This document shows positions 25,671-37,995 of a stretch of 64,000 bases of DNA, in pieces. The stretch covers positions 1,032,265-1,096,264 of the forward strand of contig NC_057756.1 in assembly GCF_004010195.1 (NCBI RefSeq). The letters are read 5' to 3'. The position numbers were made by a program, and so were the translations under genes. Every line of letters starts with the position of its first letter. The first letter of the stretch is position 1. The notes under the pieces are model-generated. The model made no database searches. It was given only the letters and a program-made list of their open reading frames with translations, and was not told the DNA's origin. This DNA is from Chiloscyllium plagiosum (lineage: Eukaryota).

Positions 25671-26587
25671 TTAATTTGTTGGCGATTATAATCCTATCCC
25701 AAGGAAAGTGTGGTCTTTCAGCCTGTATCACTCGCTATCTGGTGGCCATGGCAGTTGCTGATCAACTCGTCATTATCACAGAGGTTATACTAAAGCGGAT
25801 TACTTCTTATTATTTCCCTGGTTCTTTCCTTCAAATAACAGTTGTGTGCAGTATTATTAAAGTCCTGCGTCGGTCATCAATAGATAACTCTGTCTGGTTA
25901 ACCGTTGCTTTCTCTTTTGATCGTTTTATTGCCATTTGTTACCAGAAGCTGAAAGCAAAGTACTGTACAAATAAGAATGCAGCAATGGTAATTGCTGCAA
26001 TCTGCAGTCTGCTTTGTTTAAAAAACGTTCCCTTTTATTTCACATACAAACCAAAGGAGATAATAAACAACGTACAATGGTTCTGTGATATAAAGTCAAG
26101 CTTTTACACTGATGCTGCTTGGTTCGTATTTGACTGGCTTGACACGATATTAACACCGCTGCTTCCATTTGCTATCATTATGTTGCTCAATGCTCTGACA
26201 GTCAGGCATATTCTGGTGGCAAATCAAATCCGGAAGGGACTGAGAGGGCAAAGCAAGGGTTGTAATCACAATGATCCAGAAATGGAGAGCCGAAAAAAGT
26301 CTATAATTTTGCTCTTCGCTGTATCAGGGAGTTTCATACTTTTGTGGCTTTTATATGTCCTGCAATTCTTCTACTATATCATTGCTAAAACCAGTGGCCC
26401 CAAGGATAATGACTCTTTATACGTCTTTGAGCAAGTTGGATATATATTTCGCAGTTTAAGTTGCTGTACAAATACCTTTATTTATGGAGTGACTCAGACA
26501 AAGTTCAGAGAGCAGTTCAAGAACGTGATGAAACGCCCATTCACGCTTCTTTTTGAAGTGATGAATAATAAAATACGTCTGAAATGA
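25671..26587 (+). CDS. GPR139-like (GPR139/GPR142 family) class A 7TM receptor, coding exon 2; full protein 327 aa
   Basis: Acceptor ttttgtcttctttcag at 25670. Uninterrupted ORF with TM2 MAVAD, TM3 Cys and SFDRFIAICY, ECL2 Cys (WFC), TM5 LPF..IMLLN, TM6 FILLWL and TM7 SCCTNTFIY, stop TGA at 26585-26587. One-to-one orthology to GPR139 is not established. Confidence 0.9.
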
Positions 26588-26711
26588 GCTCAGTAATGAA
26601 TCCTGGTGCTTTCACTTTATTTACCCAACATCAATCCATTGAATTATCTCTCCAAAAGCTGCCAAACGTGAAGATTTTCTTTGGATAAGAAAACTTTAAT
26701 AAGAGCAATTG

Positions 26712-26997
26712 TCATAGAGTCACAGAGTTGTACAGCACAGAAATAGACCCTTCACTCCAACCTGTCCATGCCGCTCAGATATCCCAACCCAATCTAGTAC
26801 CACCTGCCAGCACCCGACCCATATCCTTCCAAACCCTTCCTATTCATATACGCATCCAAATGTATTTTAAATGTTGCAATTATACCACCACTTCCTCTGG
26901 TAGCTCATTCCATGCACTTATCACCCTCTGCGTGAAAACGTTCCCCCCCTTAGGTCTCTTTTATATCTTTCTCCTCTCACCCTAAACCTATGACCTC
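26712..26997 (-). mobile_element. CR1 3' end fragment just downstream of the GPCR stop
   Basis: Same family as 391-712 (cagatatcccaacccaatctagt...). Confidence 0.8.
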
Positions 26998-27204
26998 AGG
27001 ATGTGGGTCCAATGGCAAAATAGATGGAGACCACCATTTTGGCTATGTTCCTGATTTGCCCTGATACAGCCATGATGTATAGCATACTAGTATGCTGGTT
27101 TGCCCCAGTGGATGAAATAATCAGTAAAGACATTAGCATTTCATATATCTGTATCTTCTGATAACCATAAGGATGGCAAACTAAGGTGGCGTTCCTAACT
27201 GCTC

Positions 27205-27725
27205 CAAATCACACATTGCATCACATTGCACCGTTGTAAACTGCACTGCAGAAGGCAGCAAACTCCACTGATACACCACGCAGTGTCACGTTATATGACT
27301 TGCACCAGAATAAATCACAACACAGTTTTCAACACCACGCATAATGAGATACCATAAGTAACTTCACCACACTCCATCCGAATAACTCACATTATACTTG
27401 AACACCTCACATAATGCTGCATTACCCAATGCTGCAGTGCATTTCACCACGGCATAACACTCTGCAGATTCATAATGTGCCGTGCTTAATGCCCCTCACC
27501 ACACTTCACCACGACTGACTCCACTGCAACAACATACGCAAATCAAGATCCTGTAGAAGCACAGAGGTTAACCATAGCAGAATACATGCAATGACACCAC
27601 AGCATGTGTCTCAGCTCCTTTATATCTCTGTAATCATGCAGTTCTCTCTTTCTCCTATACCTCTGTAATAGCATACACTACAATGCAACATGTAATACTA
27701 TATTACACAGTAGAACATCGCACTA
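27205..27725. repeat. Cryptic degenerate simple repeat (cacac/cactg/caatg-like pentamers)
   Basis: Strong C/A strand skew with recurring acaccac, cattgca and cataatg words. Confidence 0.5.
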
Positions 27726-29314
27726 ACAAAGGTTTGGATTCCTAGGATATTGACGCAGTTCTGGGAGTAGATTGTTCTTGTCAAGATCATACTAATAGAA
27801 ACAAGTAAAAATCTTTTTCAGGTGCATTGCTAATGATATTGGGCCGATTTAAATTAACTTGCCAGAAGTGTGAAACCAGGAGATAAGAATGAAGAAAACA
27901 GATTGGGTTCGATGGAACTAGATTAGGGAATGTTAAAAAAAACCTGAGGTCTAAATAAAAGGGAGAATGTGAGATCTAAATTCTGTTTACTTAGAATGCA
28001 AGTTAATCACCCAGAATGGCAAATAAGATTTGGTAACTGCAGGCGTATACAACCATATACATTGCATGACAGTGGTCCAGACAACTGAACTGGCATCTGG
28101 CTTGCATGCAGAGTAATGCCAACAGCTAGCGTCCAATTTCCACATTCAGTTAGGTTACCATGAAGTGTTCTCCTTGCTCAGCTTCTCCATTCACCTAAGA
28201 TGTGTTGATACGTATGACAACCCCATCAGCAGGAGTTTGTTTCTTATTTGACAGCAGCCCAATGATCTGATGAGGCTACTTCGACCTGATATTTACTTCT
28301 TCCTGTATCCAAAATATAGTATTGTAGCAATGAGGAAACTAGGCTCACAAAAAAGGAAGGACCTAGCTCAAACATTTCCCAGAATGCAAAGTGTTATGAA
28401 AGAGAAGGAATTAAATAAACTTAATTCATGATAATGGAATTGCAATGTTGATTAAGGAGAACTCTGCATTTCTGAAAGTAAATGATTCCCTGGAGATATC
28501 AAGGATATAATCGAGCACATAGATCACAAAAAAAGACAAAATCAATCTATCATTTCATTGGCTGCATGCCTTTTCTTTGTCAGTGGCATGAATTTGTAAG
28601 AAAGTTCCAGATGCCAAATAAACAAAGGAGGTTGAAAAAATAATGGGCTTTTTTTTTACATATTCCGGTTTTGTTGTGGATCAGTAAATTATACACAAGA
28701 CAGCCACGATATAAATGACAGAGAAATACTTCGATTTATCAAGTGGCTGGAACAATATATTTCCACTTCTTGACGAATGAACCATTACTGGATGCACTCC
28801 TGGGAATTTAACTGGATTCGGTGAATCAGCTGTGATTTGCGGGGCATTTTTTCACAGTGCCTGCAGTATCACAATGTTTCGTTTATTTGTGGCAATGGCT
28901 ATAATTATACGAGGGTCTGACCAATTAACTAGGAAGGAATGGGGACCAATCCATTTAGGTGGGACACATCTGGCTGGGGTGAATTGCAGGTAAATGCATA
29001 ATGGTGCAACAGGCATAATTTAAAATAAGAGACAGTTTAGGATCCACCAAAGTACATTTCCATGATTGAAAGTGATCCACTTTTTAAACAATTTCCTCAG
29101 TTGGGGAAGATTGACCACAAAGACACTCTTTTAAATTTTTTGTTTCCGTCTTGATATTATCAAACTCAGAACTGGGTATAGGACGAATCAGACATTAGAA
29201 GACACCGACAGCAACAATACCAAAGAATTCAATGCTGTTATTGGATTTTCTTTTGAATGTTGAAAACATTTTCTTTATACTTGTGACCAAGTGTGGTAAA
29301 GCTAATACTTTGTA

Positions 29315-29610
29315 GGCCATTTGGCCTATCGAGTTTACACCAAATGCCAAACAGCATGTTTCCCCAGGCCTAAAACCCTACCCTATCTCTTTAATCCTTC
29401 ATTCCTCATGGTTAAGGCTGCATATTCCTAGATAGTATGCGCAATTTAGCATGGCCAATCCACCTGCTTTTGCACATTTTTGGACTGTGAAAGGAAACTG
29501 GAGTGCCCAGAAGAAATCCAGACGCACAGTCCCCCAAGTCTGGAATTAAACCCAGGTCCTTGGAACTGTGAGGCAGCACTGCTAACCACTGTGCCCCCAT
29601 GCTGCCCACC
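29315..29610 (-). mobile_element. V-SINE (HE1-like), internally deleted
   Basis: Head (tgtgaggcagcactgctaaccactg) and partial V-domain. Confidence 0.75.
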
Positions 29611-30117
29611 TGATCAAAGTGTATTTGTTTCTTTTTCAACTGGAAGTAAAAGTTATTTTACAACTCCAAATGTGAGCTATCAATTCCTAATAGCACTTAA
29701 GCTGAGAAGCTTCCTTTACAATTTCAGAAAGTAGTTCAGGTCAAGTAATTGCTGTGAATCTGTTTTCGTTTGTTGTTCAAACATGAAAGCACGAACCATG
29801 CAGCAGTGAAAGAAATGTGGTTATAGATCATGTGTTTCTCTGACAAATGGTTTGTCAAAATGTGGCTGGGCTCATGCTCTAAAGAACATTGGATGAAGTA
29901 TTTTTTTTTCCCATTGTTCATTCATGGATTGAAGGCGATGCTGGCTAAACAACATTTATTGTTTATTTTAAATGCTCAGACGGTATTTAAGATACAACCA
30001 CATTGCTGCGAGTGTGGAGTCGTATGTAGGCCAGTCACATGACAGTTTCCTTTCCTAGAAGGCACTAGTGTACAGGATGGTGCTTTCCAATAATCGACAG
30101 GGTTTCATTGTCATCAC

Positions 30118-31446
30118 TTTATGACACGGGTTAAACCCGTTTGCTAATTTAAACGAGCAACACAGAAAAGATTCACCCTGTGCTGCAATCTGTTAAACTT
30201 TAAGAGGCAAAGAACAATCCCAGAAGTCACTATTTAAGGAAAAAATTAACTGTTTTATTCTTTAAGTCCAACAGATACCATTAAAACCAACAACTATTAA
30301 CAACTCTTTTCTCTGAAACCCAGCTGTTACCTCCAAATCCAAAATACAGAGGAACCTCAACTATCCAAACGAGATGGGCGGGCACTATTTCGTTCAGATA
30401 ATTGATTATTTGGTTAATTGATTTTCTTTCCTCTGGGGCTCGGAGTTTTCTATTAAGTCTGCTTCCTCCATCTCCACCTCCACCCCCTTCCGCCTCCAAC
30501 CCCTCTCTGGGGTAGTCAGACTGGACACTAACAGCAAGACTGCTGCTGCTGCTACTGCTTTTTGGGGAGGTGAGTCTCCAAATAGCATGTGCATGCGCGC
30601 GCACGGGCGCACACACGCACAAACACAACGTTTTGCTGCAACTTTTTGACAGGTTCTACATTTGCCTTGTAGAGGAAGATGTTAGAGAGATTATCTGGGG
30701 AAGGGGGTGTTTAGGGTGCACGCCTGTGTAGAACTCCAGTGAAAGTGTGGAAGAGAGGCGGAGGGTGGCATGTCAGTCATTTAGAGACGATGCCTGCACT
30801 CATATCAGTCCAGGACTGTTCACAGCAGCACATTTAATCACTGTAAACAAAAGACACGATCAGTATTGGACACACATCTTTGATGTAATGTTTCTGTCGG
30901 GTGTCGAGATCTCCTTCAGATAAACTGATTTTCGGATAATTAGTATTCAGATAATCGCGGTTCCTCTGTACTAATCTGATAAAAATCCCGATTAAGACCG
31001 AAAAAAAATCGTTTCAAAACCAGTCAGCTTTGCCAATTTTCCTTTGCAAATTCTGGCCAGGTCAGCCTCGATGTTCTGCTGTGCAGACTTCCCATAAACA
31101 GGTACATTGCAGAGAGCTGTTCAGCTTGCAGTCTACATTTGTTGAACTTTGGCAACAAACTGTTCAAACATTTCCAGTTTTATATATCAACACATCGGAT
31201 TGTTTCATTGGTTTGATATCATCAAAGTACAAAATTCAAATTTGATTAGATTTTAGTACCTTGGAGCATAATTTACTCTGATTAGCCAAATTGAATTTGT
31301 TTTTGTTTCATAGCAACTTAGCTGCTGATATTTGTTTCAACCAAGTATTACATTATTATCTTGTTCAGGAGTCTCTGTGCTTTATCAGTCCTTGCTAGCT
31401 TTTAAACTCTCTTAAAGGTACAGTACATCTCTGCACATTCATAACA
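30118..31446. repeat. Probable solo LTR of another family, interrupted by a MITE
   Basis: ttatga...tcataaca inverted termini and LTR-like composition. The sequence continues across the MITE insertion. Confidence 0.45.
30347..30968. mobile_element. Non-autonomous Tc1/mariner-superfamily (pogo/Tigger-like) DNA transposon, MITE, 622 bp
   Basis: TIRs CAGAGGAACCTCAACTATCC / revcomp CAGAGGAACCGCGATTATCT, TA on both sides (30345-46 and 30969-70), repeated subterminal (c/g)gataat motifs, no transposase ORF. Confidence 0.8.
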
Positions 31447-31779
31447 ATCATGAGACTCTCAATTCCAGTTCTTTTTTTAAATTGAATTCAAATTCCACCA
31501 TTTGCCATGATAAGCTCCCAACCCAAGTCCCAGAACATTATCTAAGTCTCTTGATTAACAGTCTAGTGATAATTACATTAGGTCACCGCATCCCGAGAAT
31601 TTATCCAATAATTTTGGAATTGAAAGATGTTTTCAGCAATGATGTCTTTGGCAACTGAAAGCAAAAGTAAATTATGCATCACATGTATTTTGCAAATGAA
31701 TTTGTTTTACGCGAGTCTAGAATCAGAGGAACGTCACAAACCTTTTTTTTTTATCATCACAGATTCTCCTGTTTGGATC

Positions 31780-32100
31780 AATGCCATTCAGCCCTTTGAA
31801 TCTGCAATGCAATGACCCTCAAAAGTGCAGCCATGTGACATCTCTATAAACCATGCATTGCCCATGGTTAAACCACCTAGCCTATGGTTAAACCACCTAG
31901 CCTGGACATCCATGAACACGATGGACAATTTCAGTTTGGCCAATCACCAAACCAAAACAACTTTGAACTGTGGGAGGAAACTCACACAGACACGGGTAGA
32001 TTGTGCAGAATCCACCTCAACCGTCACCCTAGGCTGGGATTGAGCCCAAGTCCATGGCACTGTGAGGCATCAGTGCTAACCACTGAGCAGTCGTGCCACC
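31780..32100 (-). mobile_element. V-SINE (HE1-like), degenerate
   Basis: Head and V-domain remnants. Short internal tandem duplication atggttaaaccacctagcct. Confidence 0.7.
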
Positions 32101-33109
32101 AACATATTGGACTCTGAACTGCCATTTGAACAAGCCTACGTGAGCCACACATTGGAAGGGTAATTAAGGACAGGCAAGTAATGCTGACCTTCCTTGTTAC
32201 ACCTATGTCCCACAGAAGAGTATCTTTTTTTGTTAAAGAAACTTTTTTTTCGATTACCTTTGGAAAGCTTAAATTGCTCTTGCTAAAAACCGTGATTTAC
32301 CACATTAAATGCCACATGGAATGCCAACAGCTTTCACAGAAACTAATTTCTAAAAAAAAAACAGAAACCGTTTCTATCCTGTTCAAGTGTGGGTGGTTAT
32401 AGTAGGTTGCATTTTCAAATTTTGTGTTCTTTGATTTCTGATCAACTGTCTCCAAGCAGACTAAAGTATTATCATTGGAAATTACTTTCATTGCTAGAAG
32501 ATTTTGTGACTTTTGATCAAGAAAATACAGTACCTGCAAGAAATTCTTTGCATTATAATGCTGTCTGTTTTGTCATTTTCTGCGCGTTTTGAGTGAGATT
32601 TGAAAGCAAATAAGCAACTAATTTTCAATTATGAACAATATCGAATTGCATGCAAGTCTGTAATTGGAACGCCTGATAATTGAACATAAATGCCTATTAT
32701 GGACTTAAAACAGAATAGAAAACCATATGTAAATTAAGTATTGGATCCCTCCACGTCTTTTTGTCGGGTTACAACGGGTTATGCACTATTCTTTCTCCCC
32801 CAGCCCCCACCCCCCACAAAATCGTTTCTGGTGGGACATAATCTGTTCAACATTAAGTCGAACACTTATTATTTCCAGCCTATAGAAAGGAGGGAGGGGC
32901 TTTGCGTTAATTTTAATCATATTTTTTCAAGGTTTACAAGCGATGTGTTGTTTCTGGTATGGCTGGTATCTGTCAAAATCCCTAATTCCTGCTAAACTGA
33001 GTTGTCTTTGGCTACTTCGGACGGCAGTCAAGAATCTGTGACATTATTATCCGTGTGAAGTTGGAGAAAGAATGCACTGTGGAAAAAATGGGGGAAAAGG
33101 AAACGAATT

Positions 33110-33549
33110 GGCTTAGCTGTAATTATATAGAAATACTTAACTAAATAAAAGATGTAGTAATTATTTCCAATTAATTGTTCGAAGATAGCAACATCCCATA
33201 AATATCCCCTTAGCTAAAGACAAATTCAGGAAAACAAGTTGTTTCACATAAAATTCTCAGGGCAGGAAAACAACCCCCAGCTTTTAGTCACAACTGAAAG
33301 AGAACAAAACAACTTTCACCTCTTCAAGACCCCATTACCTACTTCTGAAAGCTAAAATTAAAACTCCTGATTGTGTGGGAGCGTGACCACATCCATTCAG
33401 GTTGCTTCTATTGTTCCAACTTAAAACAAAACCCTTACTGCTATATTCTTTACAGTATTCAATGGACACATCGATATCTCTGCTGTAACGTCTCTCTTTA
33501 AATGGAAAACCAGGAAACATACACCTCTTGAAGCTGCACTATCATCACA
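33110..33549 (-). repeat. Partial solo LTR related to the Gmr1-type LTRs
   Basis: aacatcccataaatatccccttagctaaagacaaattcag block and the atcatcaca terminus match the other LTRs. Confidence 0.5.
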
Positions 33550-33644
33550 CAAGGCATGCTTGGCTATGACCACGTGCTACAAAAACTAGGTTGGAAATGG
33601 TCTTCCCTGCTTTCGATTTGTACATTTCTGTGGCTCTGTGATGC

Positions 33645-33650
33645 TTTATT
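33645..33650 (-). terminator. Candidate polyadenylation signal (AATAAA) of the methyltransferase gene
   Basis: tttatt on plus strand, about 515 nt downstream of the stop codon. Motif only. Confidence 0.3.
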
Positions 33651-34163
33651 CCAATTTCCATTTGTTGGCGTCTGGAATCGTGATAATTTCTGAAAATTGG
33701 TTTGAGAACTAGTAATGACTGCTGTGTTCACAAAACATGCTCAACCTTCAGCATTATCCAATTCAAACAGTTGTCTGCTGACAATAAAAGGATAAATGGC
33801 TGCTGTGACTACAGAAACAGTAAGAGCCGTGTGGGGAGTAGAAAAGAAAGCAGAAGCAGACAGAAATGAACTTTTTTCTTGATACATCAATGTCATTGGA
33901 ATAGAGCCTGGTCAATCATTGACATTCATTTTACAGCAACATCTAAAGGTACGGACTGTGAATTGGAGCATGACTGAGGCTATGGCACCTGTTAGGAATA
34001 ATTAAGAACCTGGCACCCTCTCTGCAGTAATTAAGTCATCTCACAAGGGACTGGTATATATGGCTTCTGATAGCATTTTCCTTTTCTCAAACCGTTAAGT
34101 TCATCCGCAACACCTTATCATCCCCAACCCAGGCTCCCCAACCCCCGATCTGACTCTGTAACA

Positions 34164-34558
34164 TTATATGATAGAACATTTTTTCGTTATTTTGTACACA
34201 TTGATATCTTTCTCCGAGACTCTATGAACGATTTCGGAATTAAAATGCTGTGGGATGAGGTTTTCGTGAAATGTAATGGCTCCCATCTCCTGACGCATTT
34301 TCGTCGAAAAGTAAATGATGGTATTTGGGTTGCTTAGGTGTAGCAGGGTATTTATCAGTAAGTGGAACTCATAGGATTTGTAGACAATGTCCGAGCCAAG
34401 AATGTAGTCATAATCTGAAGGGAACTGATCATTGTCTTTCCCCCAGGAAAGTGCAGCGACTTCTGAACGGTGTAGGCTGGCTGCTGGAATATTGTTGGAG
34501 ACGTTGTATTGGATCTGACTTAGAACGATCGGTTCGTCGGTCAACGTGACATCTCCCC
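34164..34558 (-). CDS. EEF1AKMT3-like: EEF1AKMT3-like, last coding exon (GGDVTLTD...LSWG...YDYILGSDIVY...); full protein 220 aa
   Basis: Acceptor tttgtttggcag at 34559. Contains post-I VTLTD, LSWG, motif II and the METTL21 family DxxY (DIVY). Stop TAA at 34166-34164. Confidence 0.92.
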
Positions 34559-35210
34559 CTGCCAAACAAAGAGTGAGGCGTCAGTAGTTACCAACATTAG
34601 TTGACTCAAGGTGATGGCAATATGGAAATAATAACTTTGTGTAGGTGTGTCTGTGCGTAATTGCACACGAGCAAACAACAGATAATTGATCAATCCATGA
34701 CCAAATGTTTCATGTTGCAGTCAACACACTGCAGAAAAAAATATGAGCACCACATCGATCTTGCCTTGGGCAAACCATCTACGAGAGCGAACTATGGTTA
34801 TGTTACTGAATTCACCAGTTTGCAATCAATGATTCAGTCACAGCCACCTTGCAAATCAGCCCTATCAACATTCAACAGTGTCAGTTCATCTTTGAACCAA
34901 ATTGTCTAAGTAGGTTGGAATTTGATTGAGAATTTTCATTTACTTTTTTTCCACACGGAATACCCTCCCTCCTGTCGCAGTTTGAATTGACTGAAACTCT
35001 AAGGTGGTTTCGGAAGTAGGTGCTTTCCTCATGTTCTGTGTTTTACTGAGTAATACGGCACAAAGTAATTATTCTACCCATTCGAGTTGCATCCCTGTAT
35101 TTCCATACAGGTGCTTATCTTATTCGACTTTGAGCCCTTCCAGCATTTTCCCTCGGTGTATTCTTAATGTGACAAATCTAATTTTGAATCAAAAGGCCGA
35201 TCCTCAAAAT

Positions 35211-35431
35211 CAGTGAAATCAAAAATTGCGTGGATGCTGAAAGCTGAACAGAAAACGTGGAGAATATAGAAGGAACACAGCAGGTTTCGCAGCTCTGTGA
35301 AGGAACATAGAGCTTGCCTTTCAAGTATGATAGTGCTCTTCAGATTAGTTCTGAAGAAGAATCATATCAGACTCAAAAAGTGAACGATGCTGACAAACCT
35401 GTTCAGTTTCTTCAGCATTATCTTTGCTTAT
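35211..35431. mobile_element. Old fold-back Penelope-like insertion in the methyltransferase intron
   Basis: Degenerate inverted arms turning at cttcaga-ttagt-tctgaag. TSD tcctcaaaat at 35201-35210 and 35432-35441. Confidence 0.65.
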
Positions 35432-36890
35432 TCCTCAAAATAAATGACAAGCGTATTGCTCCATGAGCCATGCAACAATTCACATATTAATACTTCAGTA
35501 TCATGAGCTAGATTGCTCAGCACCTAGCCAATGAGTACACCTCCAACAAGGCTTAAGAAGCTGCACAAAATCGAGCACAATGCAGCCAGCGTATTAGTAC
35601 CTCACCTTTCTTCAACTTTCACTCTCTCCAACAGGGATGCACAGTGATAGAGGCAGCGAACTTCATCTATAAAATGTACTGCAGCAATTAAACAAAGCTC
35701 CTAAAACGTCGCCCTTCAACTATAGCCTCTACATTAATAAGGCCATGACAGTAGATGGAAGAGAACGCCACCACAGGGAAGTTCCACTTTAATCAAACAT
35801 CACTCTGACTTTGAATTATATTATGTTTGTTCCTCCACGGTGGCTGTGCAAACGCTTGGAGATCCCATCCAAACCACACTACGTCTGCATCTACACAGGA
35901 TGGATTACAGTAGAGCATTAACAACCTCAAAGTCAATTAGCAATAGGCTATGAGGGCTAGCCTCGACAATGATGCACCCTAATTGCAAATCAAGAAAACA
36001 AAGCATCCTACTTGAAAATCAAGAACGTGGCTTATAAATCTTGGGAAATGAACTGCAAACAAAAACTCTTCCCATGAGGAACTGTGAATATTTTCCAAAT
36101 CACCGTGCTCAGAGATGCCTGAGCAGGTGGAACTTCAAACAGGGGTAGGGGTACAATCAATGTGCTTCACATGCCTTCGGCTGGTAGTTGTTCTGCCTGA
36201 ATCTCAGTACGTCGCCACTGATCTGAAATACTATACAGACATTCTCTGGAAAGAATTGTATGCTTTCAAATTGCTGCCTTTGAAACTGGACCTATTCATA
36301 CTATTGAGAACAATAGGGGTATAAAAGTGAAAACAGAAATTGTTGCTGAAACTTAACAGATCTAAAAGATCCTTTGGTGATGGATCACTGCACTGATGAA
36401 GTTAACTCTGATTTCTGTCCGTAGATGCTGCCAGACCTGCTGAGTTTCTCCAGTAATTTGTGTGTCATTTTGATGTTTCAGCATTCACATGGTTTATTTT
36501 TGGGATACATGAGCATATGCATTGGGAACAAAACAGCAGACTATTCGACTGCATAAACCTGACGCACTACCCAATAATGCCATCACTGGTCTATTTCTGT
36601 TTTTAATTTCATGTTCAAATTTATCCATCACCCTTGACTCCCTGTATACCAAATTTCTATCACAATTCGAATTCAACGTATATGCCAAACACTTTTCAGA
36701 CAGTGAGTTCCAAAGTCTCACTGCCATCTGAGAATGTAATGACAGAACAAAACTTGACTAACCATGTGCTGAATTGGGAGTATATTCATTCGAACAAAAT
36801 GTCAAAATTGTTCTTTGTGCCATAAGGTGATAATGCAGTCCTGCAGCATGTTTCTGTACATGACCCAAAGCAAGCATGTGGAAAATTTTA

Positions 36891-37025
<135 letters not shown>

Positions 37026-37689
37026 TCAAATTGATAACTAGAAAGGTATAACATTATCCAACGTTTCTGAAGTCGGGCCAAGCAAGATATCAGTGCCCAA
37101 GCTGGTAAATGGTATCAAGAAACACATAAATGAAACATTTATTCCCAGCTCTGATTTGTTTATTTGGCTTTTAAATAGAGTTTTGGTTTTTGGACATTAT
37201 ATTCGAAATATGAGATAAGAAATGTGATTTAGACATCACATATAATGCAAAATGGAGACAACACATGGAGGCAATATATTATGTTACAGAGGAAGTGAGA
37301 TGATTGTGCACTACTATGTGAGTGTTTGCTCAGTTGGCTAGAATAAGGTGCAGTGTGAGGGCAAAATTGGGCGTTGTATTGATGATGTTGCCATGAAGAT
37401 TACTCCTTTTGCATCTCCCTCATCGCCCGCGGCATAGAATCCCTCAGGTTAGGTCACCAACAATAATCTCTTTCAAATGAGAGAACCTCTTCAGGTATGG
37501 CAACTTGATACTTAGATACTCAATTATCTCAGGTAGTTGGTTTGTAATGCATGAGGATCGATTAAAAGCAGTTTCCGTTCTGGCATCGACTGAGTTTACC
37601 GCAAATGGCACTGCTTCTCAAACTTTCACATCTCCTGACGTGTGGTAAGCTTCATGCTGAACCACTACCATATTATCATAGGATCCCAA

Positions 37690-37995
37690 GAGTATGGAAA
37701 CTGGTCATTCAGCTCAACAAGTCCACACCAAAGCTCTGAATGGCATCCCCCACCCTATCCCTGCAGCATTCTTGACTCAAGCACCTAGCCTGCACATCCC
37801 AAGATATTATGGACAATTTGGCATAGTAAATCCACGTATCCTGCACATTTTTGGACTGTGGAAGGAAACCAGAGCTCCTGGAAGAAATGCATAGAATGTG
37901 TAAACTCCACACAGGCAAATCACCTAAGACTGGAATTGAATCTGCATCCCTGGCATTGTGAGGCAGCAGTGCTGACCACTGAGCCAGTGTGCGGC
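37690..37995 (-). mobile_element. V-SINE (HE1-like) in the methyltransferase intron
   Basis: Head and V-domain recognisable. Confidence 0.8.

Noticed and set aside
27081..27096. Perfect 16-bp palindrome agcatactagtatgct
   Set aside because: Isolated, with no flanking structure; about one such palindrome is plausible by chance in 64 kb.
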